Source: Actinomycetales bacterium
GTDB lineage: Bacteria; Actinomycetota; Actinomycetes; Actinomycetales; JBBRBF01
Direction of reading: 5' to 3'
Assembly (NCBI GenBank): GCA_038206105.1
Contig: JBBRBF010000001.1
Location: forward strand, 268 to 64,267
DNA: 64,000 bases
Positions 16,656 to 25,289 of this stretch are shown one piece after another. Position 1 is the stretch's first letter. Every line of letters begins with the position of its first letter. Under the pieces are notes generated by a model, which saw only the letters and a list, made by a program, of their open reading frames with translations, was not told where the DNA came from and made no database searches. The position numbers were made by a program, and so were the translations under genes.

Positions 16656-17735
16656 TCAGCGCCGCGCCGGCTCGCCGAGCACCGTCCGCACGTAGGGCAG
16701 CCGCAGCAGCAGCCACGTGATCCCGGCGGAGGCCAGCGTGAACGCCGTCGTCAGGCCGACGGCAGCGAGCGCCACCCCGGCGACGTCGTCCGGGACCCCG
16801 ATCCACTGCCGCACACCGAGCACCAGGGCCCCGTGCACGAGGAAGACCCCGAACGCCAGCGGGGCGGCCACGGCCGCTGCGCGGGCCAAGCGTCCGGACG
16901 GGCGGGACAGCCAGACGTGCAGCAGCAGGTAGGCGGCCACCGACATCGCCGCGACCGGAGGGGACAGGAACCCGTAGGCGTAGCGGCCGACGCTGCCGAA
17001 GCCCGCCACTGCCGCGATCCCTACGACGGCGGCGACGGACCCGGCGAGCACCCCCAGCGCGAGCCGACGCCCTCGCCGGCCGGGCACCACGTCACGGAGC
17101 ACCCACCCGAGCACGTAGTACCCCGCGAACGGCAGGAACCGGGTGGCGGCGTTCGGCTCGCCCGCACCGGCGGCGAAGGTCAGCGCCTGGTCGACCACGC
17201 CCAGCGCGAGCAGCACGACCGCGAACGCGAACGTCATCCGCCAGGTGGCGTGGCGGGTGACCACCTTGAGGAACGGCGTGATGAGCACGAGCCCGGCGAG
17301 CACGTAGAGGAAGTAGAGCTGCAGGAACGGCGCGCCGCGACCCACGTCGGCGGCGGCGCCCACGAAGGTCAGGCCGGGCTCCAGCACCAGAGCGCGGAAC
17401 ACCAGGTAGAACGCCGTCCAGAACACCAGCGGGACGCCGACGCGCGTCCACCGCCGCCGGTAGAACTCGCGGGGCCGCGCGGTGCGGGCAGGGTCCAGGG
17501 CCAGCGCACCGGCGATCATGAGGAAGACCGGGACGCACCAGCGGGACGCCGAGTTCAGCACGTTCGCCAGCCACCACGCGGCGTCCCCGGTCGTCACCCC
17601 ACGCCCCCCGACGGTCGGCGCCAGCACGTGGATGAGCACGACCGCGAGGATCGCGAGCACCCGGGCGCCGTCCATCCAGGCCGTGCGGGTCGGCGGCGGC
17701 GCCCGGTCCGGGACGGCGTCCACCCAGGCCGTCAC
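16656..17735 (-). CDS. Acyltransferase family 3 membrane protein
   Basis: 359 aa with about 10 transmembrane segments. The N-terminal W.DGARVLAILAVVLIHV motif is typical of acyltransferase_3. Its start overlaps the upstream stop (GTGA). Confidence 0.75.
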   Translation of the reverse strand: MTAWVDAVPDRAPPPTRTAWMDGARVLAILAVVLIHVLAPTVGGRGVTTGDAAWWLANVLNSASRWCVPVFLMIAGALALDPARTARPREFYRRRWTRVGVPLVFWTAFYLVFRALVLEPGLTFVGAAADVGRGAPFLQLYFLYVLAGLVLITPFLKVVTRHATWRMTFAFAVVLLALGVVDQALTFAAGAGEPNAATRFLPFAGYYVLGWVLRDVVPGRRGRRLALGVLAGSVAAVVGIAAVAGFGSVGRYAYGFLSPPVAAMSVAAYLLLHVWLSRPSGRLARAAAVAAPLAFGVFLVHGALVLGVRQWIGVPDDVAGVALAAVGLTTAFTLASAGITWLLLRLPYVRTVLGEPARR

Positions 17736-18424
17736 GGTGGCCCTCCCGGTTCACCCACCGCACCCGGCTCGGCCGCCGGGCGCAGCGCGCGGCGAACGGC
17801 GACGGCGAGCTGGGCCAGGCCGGCCGCGGCCACGAGCGCGCCACCCACCGCGCCCAGGGTCGCGACGGTCGTGGCCGAGGCCGGCATCAGGCCGGCCCCC
17901 AGCGCGACCATCGCCGGCAGCGCGACCCGCGTGGGCCGCTCCGAGACCGTGATCACGACCGGTCCCGGCCGCCCCGTGGCCTGGACCCGTGCCCGCACGT
18001 ACTCGTGCAGCCAGCCGGCGCCCACGACGCCGACGACCAGGGCTGCCGGGGCCCCGAGCAGCCACAGCGTGCCGGCGAGCGCCGCGTCGCCGACCCGGTC
18101 GCAGGCCGCGTCCAGCACCGCCCCCCAGGCGCTGGTGCCTGACGTCATCACCGCGACGGCGCCGTCCAGGGAGTCCGCGACCCCGGAGGCGAGGGCCAGC
18201 AGCGGCACCGCGAGCGCCCAGCGTCCCCCGGCGGCGGCGGGCACGAGCGTCGCGACGGCGAGCAGCAGCCCGAGCGCGGTGACGGCGTCCGGGGGGACCC
18301 TGGCCGCGACGAGCGGGCGCGCGAGGGCGTGCACCACGACGAGCCAGGAGTGCACGAGCGGCACGGTCCGCGGGTCGGTGCCGTGCAGCACCGACCAGCG
18401 CTCCAGGTACTCCTCGCGCGTCAC
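17732..18424 (-). CDS. CDP-alcohol phosphatidyltransferase family protein
   Basis: Motif DSLDGAVAV...G...LDAACDRVGD (D-x2-DG-x2-AR...G-x3-D-x3-D type). GTG 18424 is preferred; the longer start at 18520 would overlap metF by 47 nt. Confidence 0.7.
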   Translation of the reverse strand: MTREEYLERWSVLHGTDPRTVPLVHSWLVVVHALARPLVAARVPPDAVTALGLLLAVATLVPAAAGGRWALAVPLLALASGVADSLDGAVAVMTSGTSAWGAVLDAACDRVGDAALAGTLWLLGAPAALVVGVVGAGWLHEYVRARVQATGRPGPVVITVSERPTRVALPAMVALGAGLMPASATTVATLGAVGGALVAAAGLAQLAVAVRRALRPAAEPGAVGEPGGPP

Positions 18425-18473
18425 GCAGCGATGATGCCCGTGCAGGCAGCGGTGGTGCTCGTACGGGGAGCGG

Positions 18474-19418
18474 TCACACCTGCGGGGCGGCGGCGCCGAC
18501 GGGGAGCCGGCCGTCGGCACGGTCCAGCCCGAGGGCCCGGTAGACCTCGAGCGTCGAGGTGGACCGGTTCATCGTGTACAGGTGCAGCCCCGGCGCCCCC
18601 TCGTCGAGCAGCCGGGCGCACAGGTCGGTGGCCGCGTCGACGCCGGCACGGTGCTCCGCGGCGGCGTCGCCGCCTGCCGCCTCGAGGGCTGCGAGCAGCG
18701 CGGGCGGCATCGCCGCACCGTGCGAGAGCTGCTGCAGGCGGGCCACCTGGCCGCGGCGCACCACCGGGATCACCCCGGGGATGATCGGGATGTCGCAGCC
18801 GTGCGCGGCGGCCAGGTCGCGCAGGCGCAGGTAGTCCTCGGGGTCGAAGAAGAACTGCGTGACGGCGAACTCCGCGCCGGCGTCGGCCTTCGCGGCGAGC
18901 ACGCGCGCGTCGTCGGCCAGGCTCGCCGACTCGGGGTGCTTCTCGGGGAACGCGGCGACGCCGACGCAGAACCGGCCCAGGGAGCGCACCATGCGCACGA
19001 GGTCGTCGGCGTGGTCGAGCCCGCCGGGGTGCGACGGCCACGGCCCACCGGGTCCCTGCGGCGGGTCCCCGCGCAGGGCCAGCACGTTGCGTACGCCGGC
19101 GCCCGCGTACGCGCCGACCACCCCGCGCAGCTCGGCGGCGGTCGACCCGACGCACGTGAGGTGGGCGACCGGCGTCAGCGTGGTCTCCGCGGCGATCCGC
19201 CCGGTGGCCCGCACGGTGCGGTCGCGCGTCGAGCCCCCCGCGCCGTAGGTGACCGAGACGAAGGTCGGGGCCACCTGCTCCACGCGGCGGACGGACTCCC
19301 ACAGCACCGCCTCGGACGCGTCGTCCTTGGGCGGGAAGAACTCGAAGGAGTACGAGCGGGCACCGGCCGCGAGCAGCCCCGAGAGGGACTCGTGCACCGA
19401 GACGGCGCCACCAGGCAT
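18474..19418 (-). CDS. metF: Methylenetetrahydrofolate reductase
   Basis: Starting from ATG 19418: SYSFEFFPPK, FVSVTYGAGGSTR and a C-terminal MTHFR-like sequence. The longer track ORF (to 19784) is an upstream artefact. Confidence 0.85.
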   Translation of the reverse strand: MPGGAVSVHESLSGLLAAGARSYSFEFFPPKDDASEAVLWESVRRVEQVAPTFVSVTYGAGGSTRDRTVRATGRIAAETTLTPVAHLTCVGSTAAELRGVVGAYAGAGVRNVLALRGDPPQGPGGPWPSHPGGLDHADDLVRMVRSLGRFCVGVAAFPEKHPESASLADDARVLAAKADAGAEFAVTQFFFDPEDYLRLRDLAAAHGCDIPIIPGVIPVVRRGQVARLQQLSHGAAMPPALLAALEAAGGDAAAEHRAGVDAATDLCARLLDEGAPGLHLYTMNRSTSTLEVYRALGLDRADGRLPVGAAAPQV

Positions 19419-19490
19419 GACCGAGGGGAGTCCGAGCGCCACCGCGCCAGGATAGGCACGTGCATCCGGCGACGGCGCGACGGCCGAAGT

Positions 19491-19510
19491 GTGGCAGGTG
19501 GCCCTGCCAC
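19491..19510. promoter_or_regulatory. 20-bp perfect palindrome GTGGCAGG-TGGC-CCTGCCAC in the metF/crtE divergent region
   Basis: Read directly. It ends 1 nt before a TAnnnT-type -10 candidate (TACGCT, 19512-19517) and 43 nt before the crtE GTG. Confidence 0.45.
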
Positions 19511-19552
19511 CTACGCTCGTCCGACAACCGTCTGTCACCGAGGAGCCTGTCC

Positions 19553-20644
19553 GTGCGCGCTGACCAGACCGCACCGCTCGACCGCGAGGACCTCCGGACC
19601 CGGGTGCAGAAGGTGCTGGACGACGTCCTTGCGCACCAGGCCCAGCGGCTCGAGGAGCTCGGGCACGACAGCGCGCCGCTGACCGAGTACGTCGCCGACC
19701 TCGTCGCCGGCGGCAAGCGGCTGCGTCCCGCGTTCTGCTACTGGGGGTGGCGGGGAGCCGGTGGCGGTGACGACGAGGCGCCACTGCGGGCGGCCGCGTC
19801 GCTCGAGCTGTTCCAGGCCGCGGCGCTCGTGCACGACGACGTGATGGACGCCTCCGACACCCGCCGCGGGATGCCCGCCGTGCACCGCCGGTTCGCCAGC
19901 CTGCACCGCGGGTCCGGCTGGACCGGTGACGCGGAGCGCTTCGGCCAGGCCGGCGCGATCCTGGCCGGCGACCTGTGCCTGGTGTGGAGCGACGAGCTGC
20001 TCACCGCCTGCGGGCTGCCCCCGGAGCGGCTCGCGGCCGGCCGCCCGGTGTACGACACGATGCGCACCCAGCTGATGGCCGGGCAGTACCTCGACATGCT
20101 CGAGCAGGCCGTCGACGCGGGCTGGGGTGACCTCGACCCGGTGACGCGGGCCCGGCGCGTGATCCGCTTCAAGTCCGCGAAGTACACCGTCGAGCACCCG
20201 CTGCTCCTCGGAGGCACGCTGGCCGGCGCCGGGCCGGACCTGCTCGCGGCGTACACCGCGTTCGGGCTCCCGCTCGGCGAGGCATTCCAGCTGCGGGACG
20301 ACGTCCTCGGCGTCTTCGGCGACCCGGCCCAGACCGGAAAGCCCGCGGGCGACGACCTGCGCGAGGGCAAGCGCACCGTGCTCGTCGCCCTGGCGTTGCG
20401 GGCGGCGAGCCCCGCGCAGGCGGCGGCGGTGCGGCGACTGCTCGGGGACCCCGCTCTCGACGACGCCGGCGTCGACCGGCTGCGTGACGTCGTCACGCAG
20501 ACCGGGGCCCTGGACGAGGTGGAGCGGATCATCGACGCGGACGTCGACGTGGCGCTCGCCGCGCTGGAGGCCGCCCCGGTCGCCGAGGAGGCCCGCGACG
20601 TCCTCGCCGGGCTCCTGGACGCCGCCACGGCGAGGACGGCGTGA
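19553..20644 (+). CDS. crtE: Polyprenyl (geranylgeranyl) diphosphate synthase
   Basis: The GTG at 19553 follows GAGGAG. Aspartate-rich motifs LVHDDVMDASDTRRG and FQLRDDVLG are present. Confidence 0.85.
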   Translation: MRADQTAPLDREDLRTRVQKVLDDVLAHQAQRLEELGHDSAPLTEYVADLVAGGKRLRPAFCYWGWRGAGGGDDEAPLRAAASLELFQAAALVHDDVMDASDTRRGMPAVHRRFASLHRGSGWTGDAERFGQAGAILAGDLCLVWSDELLTACGLPPERLAAGRPVYDTMRTQLMAGQYLDMLEQAVDAGWGDLDPVTRARRVIRFKSAKYTVEHPLLLGGTLAGAGPDLLAAYTAFGLPLGEAFQLRDDVLGVFGDPAQTGKPAGDDLREGKRTVLVALALRAASPAQAAAVRRLLGDPALDDAGVDRLRDVVTQTGALDEVERIIDADVDVALAALEAAPVAEEARDVLAGLLDAATARTA

Positions 20645-22215
20645 GCCCGGCCGCCACGCTGCGGCGCTGGGCCCCGGCGCTCGTGCCCGGTCGCCAGCGC
20701 ACCGTGACCGGACCCACCGACCACGTCGTGGTCGTGGGCGCCGGGCTGGCCGGCCTCTCGGCGGCGATGCGCCTGGCAGGAGCCGGTCGCCGCGTCACCC
20801 TGTTGGAGCGCGAGGCGGTCCCGGGGGGACGCGCCGGGCTCGTCGAGGCCGAGGGGCCGAGCGGGCGGTACCGCTTCGACACCGGCCCGACGGTCCTCAC
20901 GATGCCCGACCTCATCGCCGACTGCTTCGACGCTCTCGGCGAGGACATGGCCGACTGGCTGACCCTCGACCCGGTGTCCCCGCTGTACCGGGCGCGCTAC
21001 GCCGACGGCTCCACCCTCGACGTGCACGCCGACGTCGACGCGATGGCGGCGGAGGTGGAGGCGGTCTGCGGGCCCGACGAGGCCGCCGGGTACCGCCGCT
21101 ACGTCGACTTCGTCTCCAAGCTGTACCGCTACGAGATGCGCGACTTCATCGACCGGAGCATCGACACCCCGCTCGACCTCGTGTCGGCGAACCTCGCCCG
21201 GCTCGTCGCCGCCGGCGGGTTCCGGCGGCTCGCGCCGAAGGTGGAGCAGTTCCTGAAGGACGACCGGACCCAGCGAGTCTTCTCGTTCCAGTCGCTGTAC
21301 GCCGGGCTGTCGCCGTACGACGCGCTCGCCATCTACGCGGTGATCGCCTACATGGACTCCGTCGCCGGGGTCTTCTTCCCCCGCGGCGGGATGCACGCGG
21401 TGCCGCGAGCGATGGCGGCGGCCCTGGAGCACCACGGCGTCGACGTGCGGTACTCCACCGAGGTCGCGCGGGTGGAGCACTCCGGCGGCCGGGCCACCGC
21501 CGTCGTCACCGCCGGCGGCGAGCGGGTCGCCTGCGACGCCGTCGTGCTCAACCCTGACCTGCCGGTCGCCTACCGCGACCTGCTCGGGGTGACCCCCCGG
21601 CGGCACGCCCGGCTGGAGTACTCGCCGTCCTGCTACCTGCTGCTGGCGGGCTCGAGCGCGAGCTACCCCGACCCGGTGCACCACACCATCTCCTTCGGGC
21701 ACGCGTGGCGGGAGGTGTTCGCCGAGCTGACCTCGGGGCGCCTGATGAGCGACCCGAGCGTGCTGCTGTCGACCCCGACCGTGTCGGACCCCTCGCTGGC
21801 GCCGGACGGCAAGCACATCTACTACGTGCTGTTCCCGACGCCGAACCTCGTCACCGGCGCACGGACCGGGCTGGACTGGAACCGGATCGCGCCCCGCTAT
21901 CGCGAGCACGTCCTCACGACCCTGGAGCAGCGCGGCTTCCCCGGGTTCGGTGCCGGCATCGAGGTCGAGGACGTCACGACACCGCTGGACTGGGCGGCCC
22001 GCGGGATGGAGGCCGGTGCGCCGTTTGCCGCGTCCCACGCCTTCGGCCAGACCGGGCCGTTCCGCCCGGGCAACCTGTGGGGCGACAACGTCGTGCTCAC
22101 CGGGTCGGGCACCCAGCCGGGCGTCGGCGTCCCGATGGTGCTGATCTCGGGGCGGCTCGCCGCCGAGCGGGTCACGGGCCGGGACCCGGCGTACCGCTCG
22201 CGGGCCTACCGGTGA
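20641..22215 (+). CDS. crtI: Phytoene desaturase
   Basis: VVVVGAGLAGLSAAMRLAGAGRRVTLLEREAVPGGRAG followed by CrtI-family sequence throughout. Its start overlaps the crtE stop (GTGA). Confidence 0.85.
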   Translation: MSPAATLRRWAPALVPGRQRTVTGPTDHVVVVGAGLAGLSAAMRLAGAGRRVTLLEREAVPGGRAGLVEAEGPSGRYRFDTGPTVLTMPDLIADCFDALGEDMADWLTLDPVSPLYRARYADGSTLDVHADVDAMAAEVEAVCGPDEAAGYRRYVDFVSKLYRYEMRDFIDRSIDTPLDLVSANLARLVAAGGFRRLAPKVEQFLKDDRTQRVFSFQSLYAGLSPYDALAIYAVIAYMDSVAGVFFPRGGMHAVPRAMAAALEHHGVDVRYSTEVARVEHSGGRATAVVTAGGERVACDAVVLNPDLPVAYRDLLGVTPRRHARLEYSPSCYLLLAGSSASYPDPVHHTISFGHAWREVFAELTSGRLMSDPSVLLSTPTVSDPSLAPDGKHIYYVLFPTPNLVTGARTGLDWNRIAPRYREHVLTTLEQRGFPGFGAGIEVEDVTTPLDWAARGMEAGAPFAASHAFGQTGPFRPGNLWGDNVVLTGSGTQPGVGVPMVLISGRLAAERVTGRDPAYRSRAYR

Positions 22216-23225
22216 GCGGTGTGACGGGCGCAGGCGCTGTGACCGTGACCGGTGGGCCCGGGGCACCGGCCGTGCCGGGTCGCGCCGCGGGGCGGACCCT
22301 GGACGCAGCCGGGATCGCCGATCCCGGCCTGCGGTCGGACTTCGAGACGAGCCGCCGGCTGCACGCCGAGCACGGCCGCACGTACTACCTCGCCACCGCG
22401 CTGCTGCCGCCCGCGAAGCGGCCGTGGGTGTGGGCGCTGTACGGCTTCGCCCGCTACGCCGACGAGTTCGTGGACTCGCTGGAGGCCCCCGACCCCGACG
22501 CGCTCGTCGCCTGGGGCCGGGCGTTCACCGAGCAGTGGGACGACGGCGCGGGCGCGGACCCGGTCGCGCGGGCGATGCTGCACACCGTGCGCCGCTGGGG
22601 CATCCCGCGCGCGCACGTCGAGGCGTTCCTGGCGTCGATGCGGATGGACATCACGCAGACGGGCTACGCCACGTACGCCGACCTCGAGCGCTACATGTAC
22701 GGCTCCGCGTCGGTGATCGGGCTGCAGATGCTGCCGGTGCTGGAGCCGCTGCCCGGCCTGGCAGAACCGGCGGCCGACTGCGCTCGGCTGCTCGGCGAGG
22801 CGTTCCAGATGTCGAACTTCGTGCGCGACGTGGGCGAGGACCTGCAGCGCGGGCGGGTCTACCTGCCGCGGGAGGACCTCGACGCGTTCGGCGTCACCCG
22901 CGATGCGCTGTGGCACGGCCGGCGCACCGGGGGGCTCCCCGACGGCGTGCTCGGCCTGCTGCGCTTCGAGGTGGCACGGACCCGCGAGCTGTACGCGCGC
23001 GCCGCGCCGGGCGTGGCGATGCTGCACCCCACGAGCCGTGACGCGATCGCTTGCGCTCAGGAGCTGTACGGCGGGATCCTCGACGCGGTCGCCGACGCCG
23101 GGTACGCGGTGCTGCACCGGCGCCTCTCCGTCCCCGTGCCCCGCCGGCTGCGCGTCGCCGCCCCCGCCCTGGCCCGTGCCCGCCGGGCCCGCCGGATCGA
23201 GTCCCGCTGGCACACCCCCCGGTGA
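22212..23225 (+). CDS. crtB: Phytoene synthase
   Basis: The GTG at 22212 overlaps the crtI stop. Squalene/phytoene synthase motifs YGFARYADEFVD and FQMSNFVRDVGEDLQRGRVYLP are present. Confidence 0.85.
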   Translation: MSGVTGAGAVTVTGGPGAPAVPGRAAGRTLDAAGIADPGLRSDFETSRRLHAEHGRTYYLATALLPPAKRPWVWALYGFARYADEFVDSLEAPDPDALVAWGRAFTEQWDDGAGADPVARAMLHTVRRWGIPRAHVEAFLASMRMDITQTGYATYADLERYMYGSASVIGLQMLPVLEPLPGLAEPAADCARLLGEAFQMSNFVRDVGEDLQRGRVYLPREDLDAFGVTRDALWHGRRTGGLPDGVLGLLRFEVARTRELYARAAPGVAMLHPTSRDAIACAQELYGGILDAVADAGYAVLHRRLSVPVPRRLRVAAPALARARRARRIESRWHTPR

Positions 23226-23639
23226 TCAGAAGCCGAGTGCCTGGGCGCGGCGGCGGACCTCGGTCTTGCGACCCGCACGCAGCGCCTCGACCGGGGAGCC
23301 AGGCAGCGTGTCGTCCGGCGAGAACAGCCAGCGCAGCGCCTCGGGCGGGGTGAAGCCGGCGTCCGCCAGCACCGTGAGCGTGCCCGGCAGCTCGGCGAGG
23401 GGCTCCGGCTCCACGAGGGCCGAGGGGATGCTCAGCACCCGCGGCCGCCCGCGCCGCACTCCGAGCAGCAGCTGGTCGTCCAGAAGCCGGCGGACCCGCG
23501 GGATGCCGACGCCGAGCCGGTCCGCCACGTCGGGGACCGTGAGCCAGTCGGTGACCAGGTCATCGAGCCCGACCGACTCGCCGTGGGCATCCGTCTCGCC
23601 GCGGGAGGCCGTCTCGTGAAGGGTGTCGGAGTCGTCCAC
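23226..23639 (-). CDS. Rv2175c-like DNA-binding protein
   Basis: Starting from GTG 23639: DLVTDWLTVPDVADRLGVGIPRVRRLLDDQLLLGVRRG.. (wHTH) and a C-terminal PEALRWLFSPD...PVEALRAGRKTEV. It neighbours a PknL-like kinase, as in M. tuberculosis. Confidence 0.6.
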   Translation of the reverse strand: MDDSDTLHETASRGETDAHGESVGLDDLVTDWLTVPDVADRLGVGIPRVRRLLDDQLLLGVRRGRPRVLSIPSALVEPEPLAELPGTLTVLADAGFTPPEALRWLFSPDDTLPGSPVEALRAGRKTEVRRRAQALGF

Positions 23640-23716
23640 GAGCCCCAGCCTGCCACCCGGGAACCGGGTCCGCGCGCGCCGGGAGCCGGGCACCCCTCGC
23701 CCGGCACATCGCTCGT

Positions 23717-23860
23717 ACGTCACCCGCACGTCACCCGCGCAGTCGAATTCCACGGTTGCAATACAAGCCATCACGCACCGTGTCCGCTACGGTCGTCTCC
23801 GTCACATCAGTCACACCAGTCACAGAGACCCCACGAGTCACACCGTCACCCGCGCGTCAC
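23717..23860. promoter_or_regulatory. Array of eight same-strand GTCAC motifs (CGTCACCCG x4, AGTCACA x3, CGTCACA x1)
   Basis: GTCAC starts at 23719, 23730, 23801, 23810, 23819, 23837, 23845 and 23856. The array includes the tandem ACGTCACCCGC x2. It lies in the divergent region between the Rv2175c-like gene and the LysM-transglycosylase gene. Confidence 0.4.
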
Positions 23861-23909
23861 CCGGCGCGTGGAGCACCGACCGCACCCCGTGCGGCGCGAG
23901 AGGACAACG

Positions 23910-25211
23910 ATGACCCAGACCCGCAGCGCCACCGCCCCCGGCCCGTCACGCCGCACGCGGCGCGCCACCGCCCTGCCGCTGGCTCTCGCGGCAGCCGTCG
24001 GGTCTGCCGTGCTCGGCCCCGTCGGCACTGCCACCTCCGACACCTCCGACGCGCCGGGTGCAGCCGAGACCCGGGCGCGGACCGCGGCGCACGCCGACGG
24101 GCGTGACCGGGCGGCCCGCGTCGAGACCCGGACCCAGCCGACTCGGCTGCCGGCCGCGCTGCGTGCCGCCGGCGTGACGTACACGGTGCGCGGCGGGGAC
24201 ACCGTCAGCCACATCGCGCTGCGGACCGGGACGTCGTCGCGCGCAATCATCGCCGCGAACGGCCTGCATGCCAGCGGCTTCATCCGCGCCGGCCAGCAGA
24301 TCGTGATCCCGCGCTCCGGCGACGCCGGCGAGTGGGCGACGAGCAGCAGCCCGTCGGCGTCCTCGACGGGAGGACGCCGCTACACGGTGCGTCCCGGGGA
24401 CACCGTCGGCCACATCGCGCTGCGCGCCGGCACGTCCGTGCGGGCCGTCGTCGCCGCGAACGACCTGGACGCGAGGGCCACGGTGATGGTGGGCCAGGTA
24501 CTGACGCTGCCCAGCGCCGGCCGCGCGAAGACGACCGAGGGCGAGTCCGCGGCACCGGCGCCTGCCGCCGGCGGCCACCACGCCGTCCGCACCGGGGACA
24601 CCCTGGGGCACATCGCGCTGGCCCGCGGCACCTCGGTGGCGGCGCTGCGCCGGGCCAACCCCGCCCTGGACGCCCGCGGCACGATCCGGGTCGGCCAGTC
24701 GCTGCGGCTGCCCGCGGCGGCGAAGAAGATCGCGAGCACGTTCGCGGGCCGGACCTACCCCTCGGACACGGTGGCGGCGGCCCAGACCAACAGCGAGGCG
24801 CTCGCCGCGCGGTCGGCGCCCAGCCGCGAGCGGATGCAGCACATCGTCGTCCACGCCGCACGCGACCACGGAGTCGACCCGGCGCTGGCGCAGGCCGTCG
24901 CGTTCCAGGAGTCCGGGTTCAGCATGCGGGCCGTCTCCCCGGCCAACGCGGTCGGCGCGATGCAGGTGATCCCGTCGTCGGGGCGGTGGGCATCCGACAT
25001 GGCCGGCCGGCGCCTCGACCTGCTCGACCCGCACGACAACGCGACCGCCGGGGTCCTGATCCTTCGGGCGCTCCTGCGCGCCGAGCCGGACCGGGCGAAC
25101 GCCATCGCGGGCTACTACCAGGGCCTGTCGTCGGTGCGCCGCAACGGCATGTACCCGGACACGCGGCGGTACGTCGCCAACATCCAGACGCTGACGGCGC
25201 GCTTCCGCTGA
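23910..25211 (+). CDS. Secreted 3 x LysM + lytic transglycosylase (SLT) domain protein
   Basis: Begins at ATG 23910 with a signal peptide. It has three YTVR.GDT..HIA... LysM repeats. The C-terminal SLT motif is AVAFQESGFS...AVGAMQV. Confidence 0.8.
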   Translation: MTQTRSATAPGPSRRTRRATALPLALAAAVGSAVLGPVGTATSDTSDAPGAAETRARTAAHADGRDRAARVETRTQPTRLPAALRAAGVTYTVRGGDTVSHIALRTGTSSRAIIAANGLHASGFIRAGQQIVIPRSGDAGEWATSSSPSASSTGGRRYTVRPGDTVGHIALRAGTSVRAVVAANDLDARATVMVGQVLTLPSAGRAKTTEGESAAPAPAAGGHHAVRTGDTLGHIALARGTSVAALRRANPALDARGTIRVGQSLRLPAAAKKIASTFAGRTYPSDTVAAAQTNSEALAARSAPSRERMQHIVVHAARDHGVDPALAQAVAFQESGFSMRAVSPANAVGAMQVIPSSGRWASDMAGRRLDLLDPHDNATAGVLILRALLRAEPDRANAIAGYYQGLSSVRRNGMYPDTRRYVANIQTLTARFR

Positions 25212-25289
25212 GCGGTGGGCGCACCCGCTACCCGTCGGCGTCGGCCTGTCCTCCCGGCGGCGGGCTGCGCCGCCCGTAGGATCGCGGGG

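Noticed and set aside
19419-19552. SAM-type riboswitch in the metF leader
   Set aside because: The only strong structure is the simple 8-bp-arm palindrome at 19491-19510. None of the multi-helix junction features of SAM-I/SAM-IV aptamers are apparent.
23640-23909. c-di-AMP (ydaO-type) riboswitch upstream of the LysM/SLT cell-wall hydrolase gene
   Set aside because: Such riboswitches often precede actinobacterial cell-wall hydrolases. However, I could not find the conserved ydaO sequence blocks or its pseudo-two-fold helices here. The region is instead dominated by GTCAC repeats.
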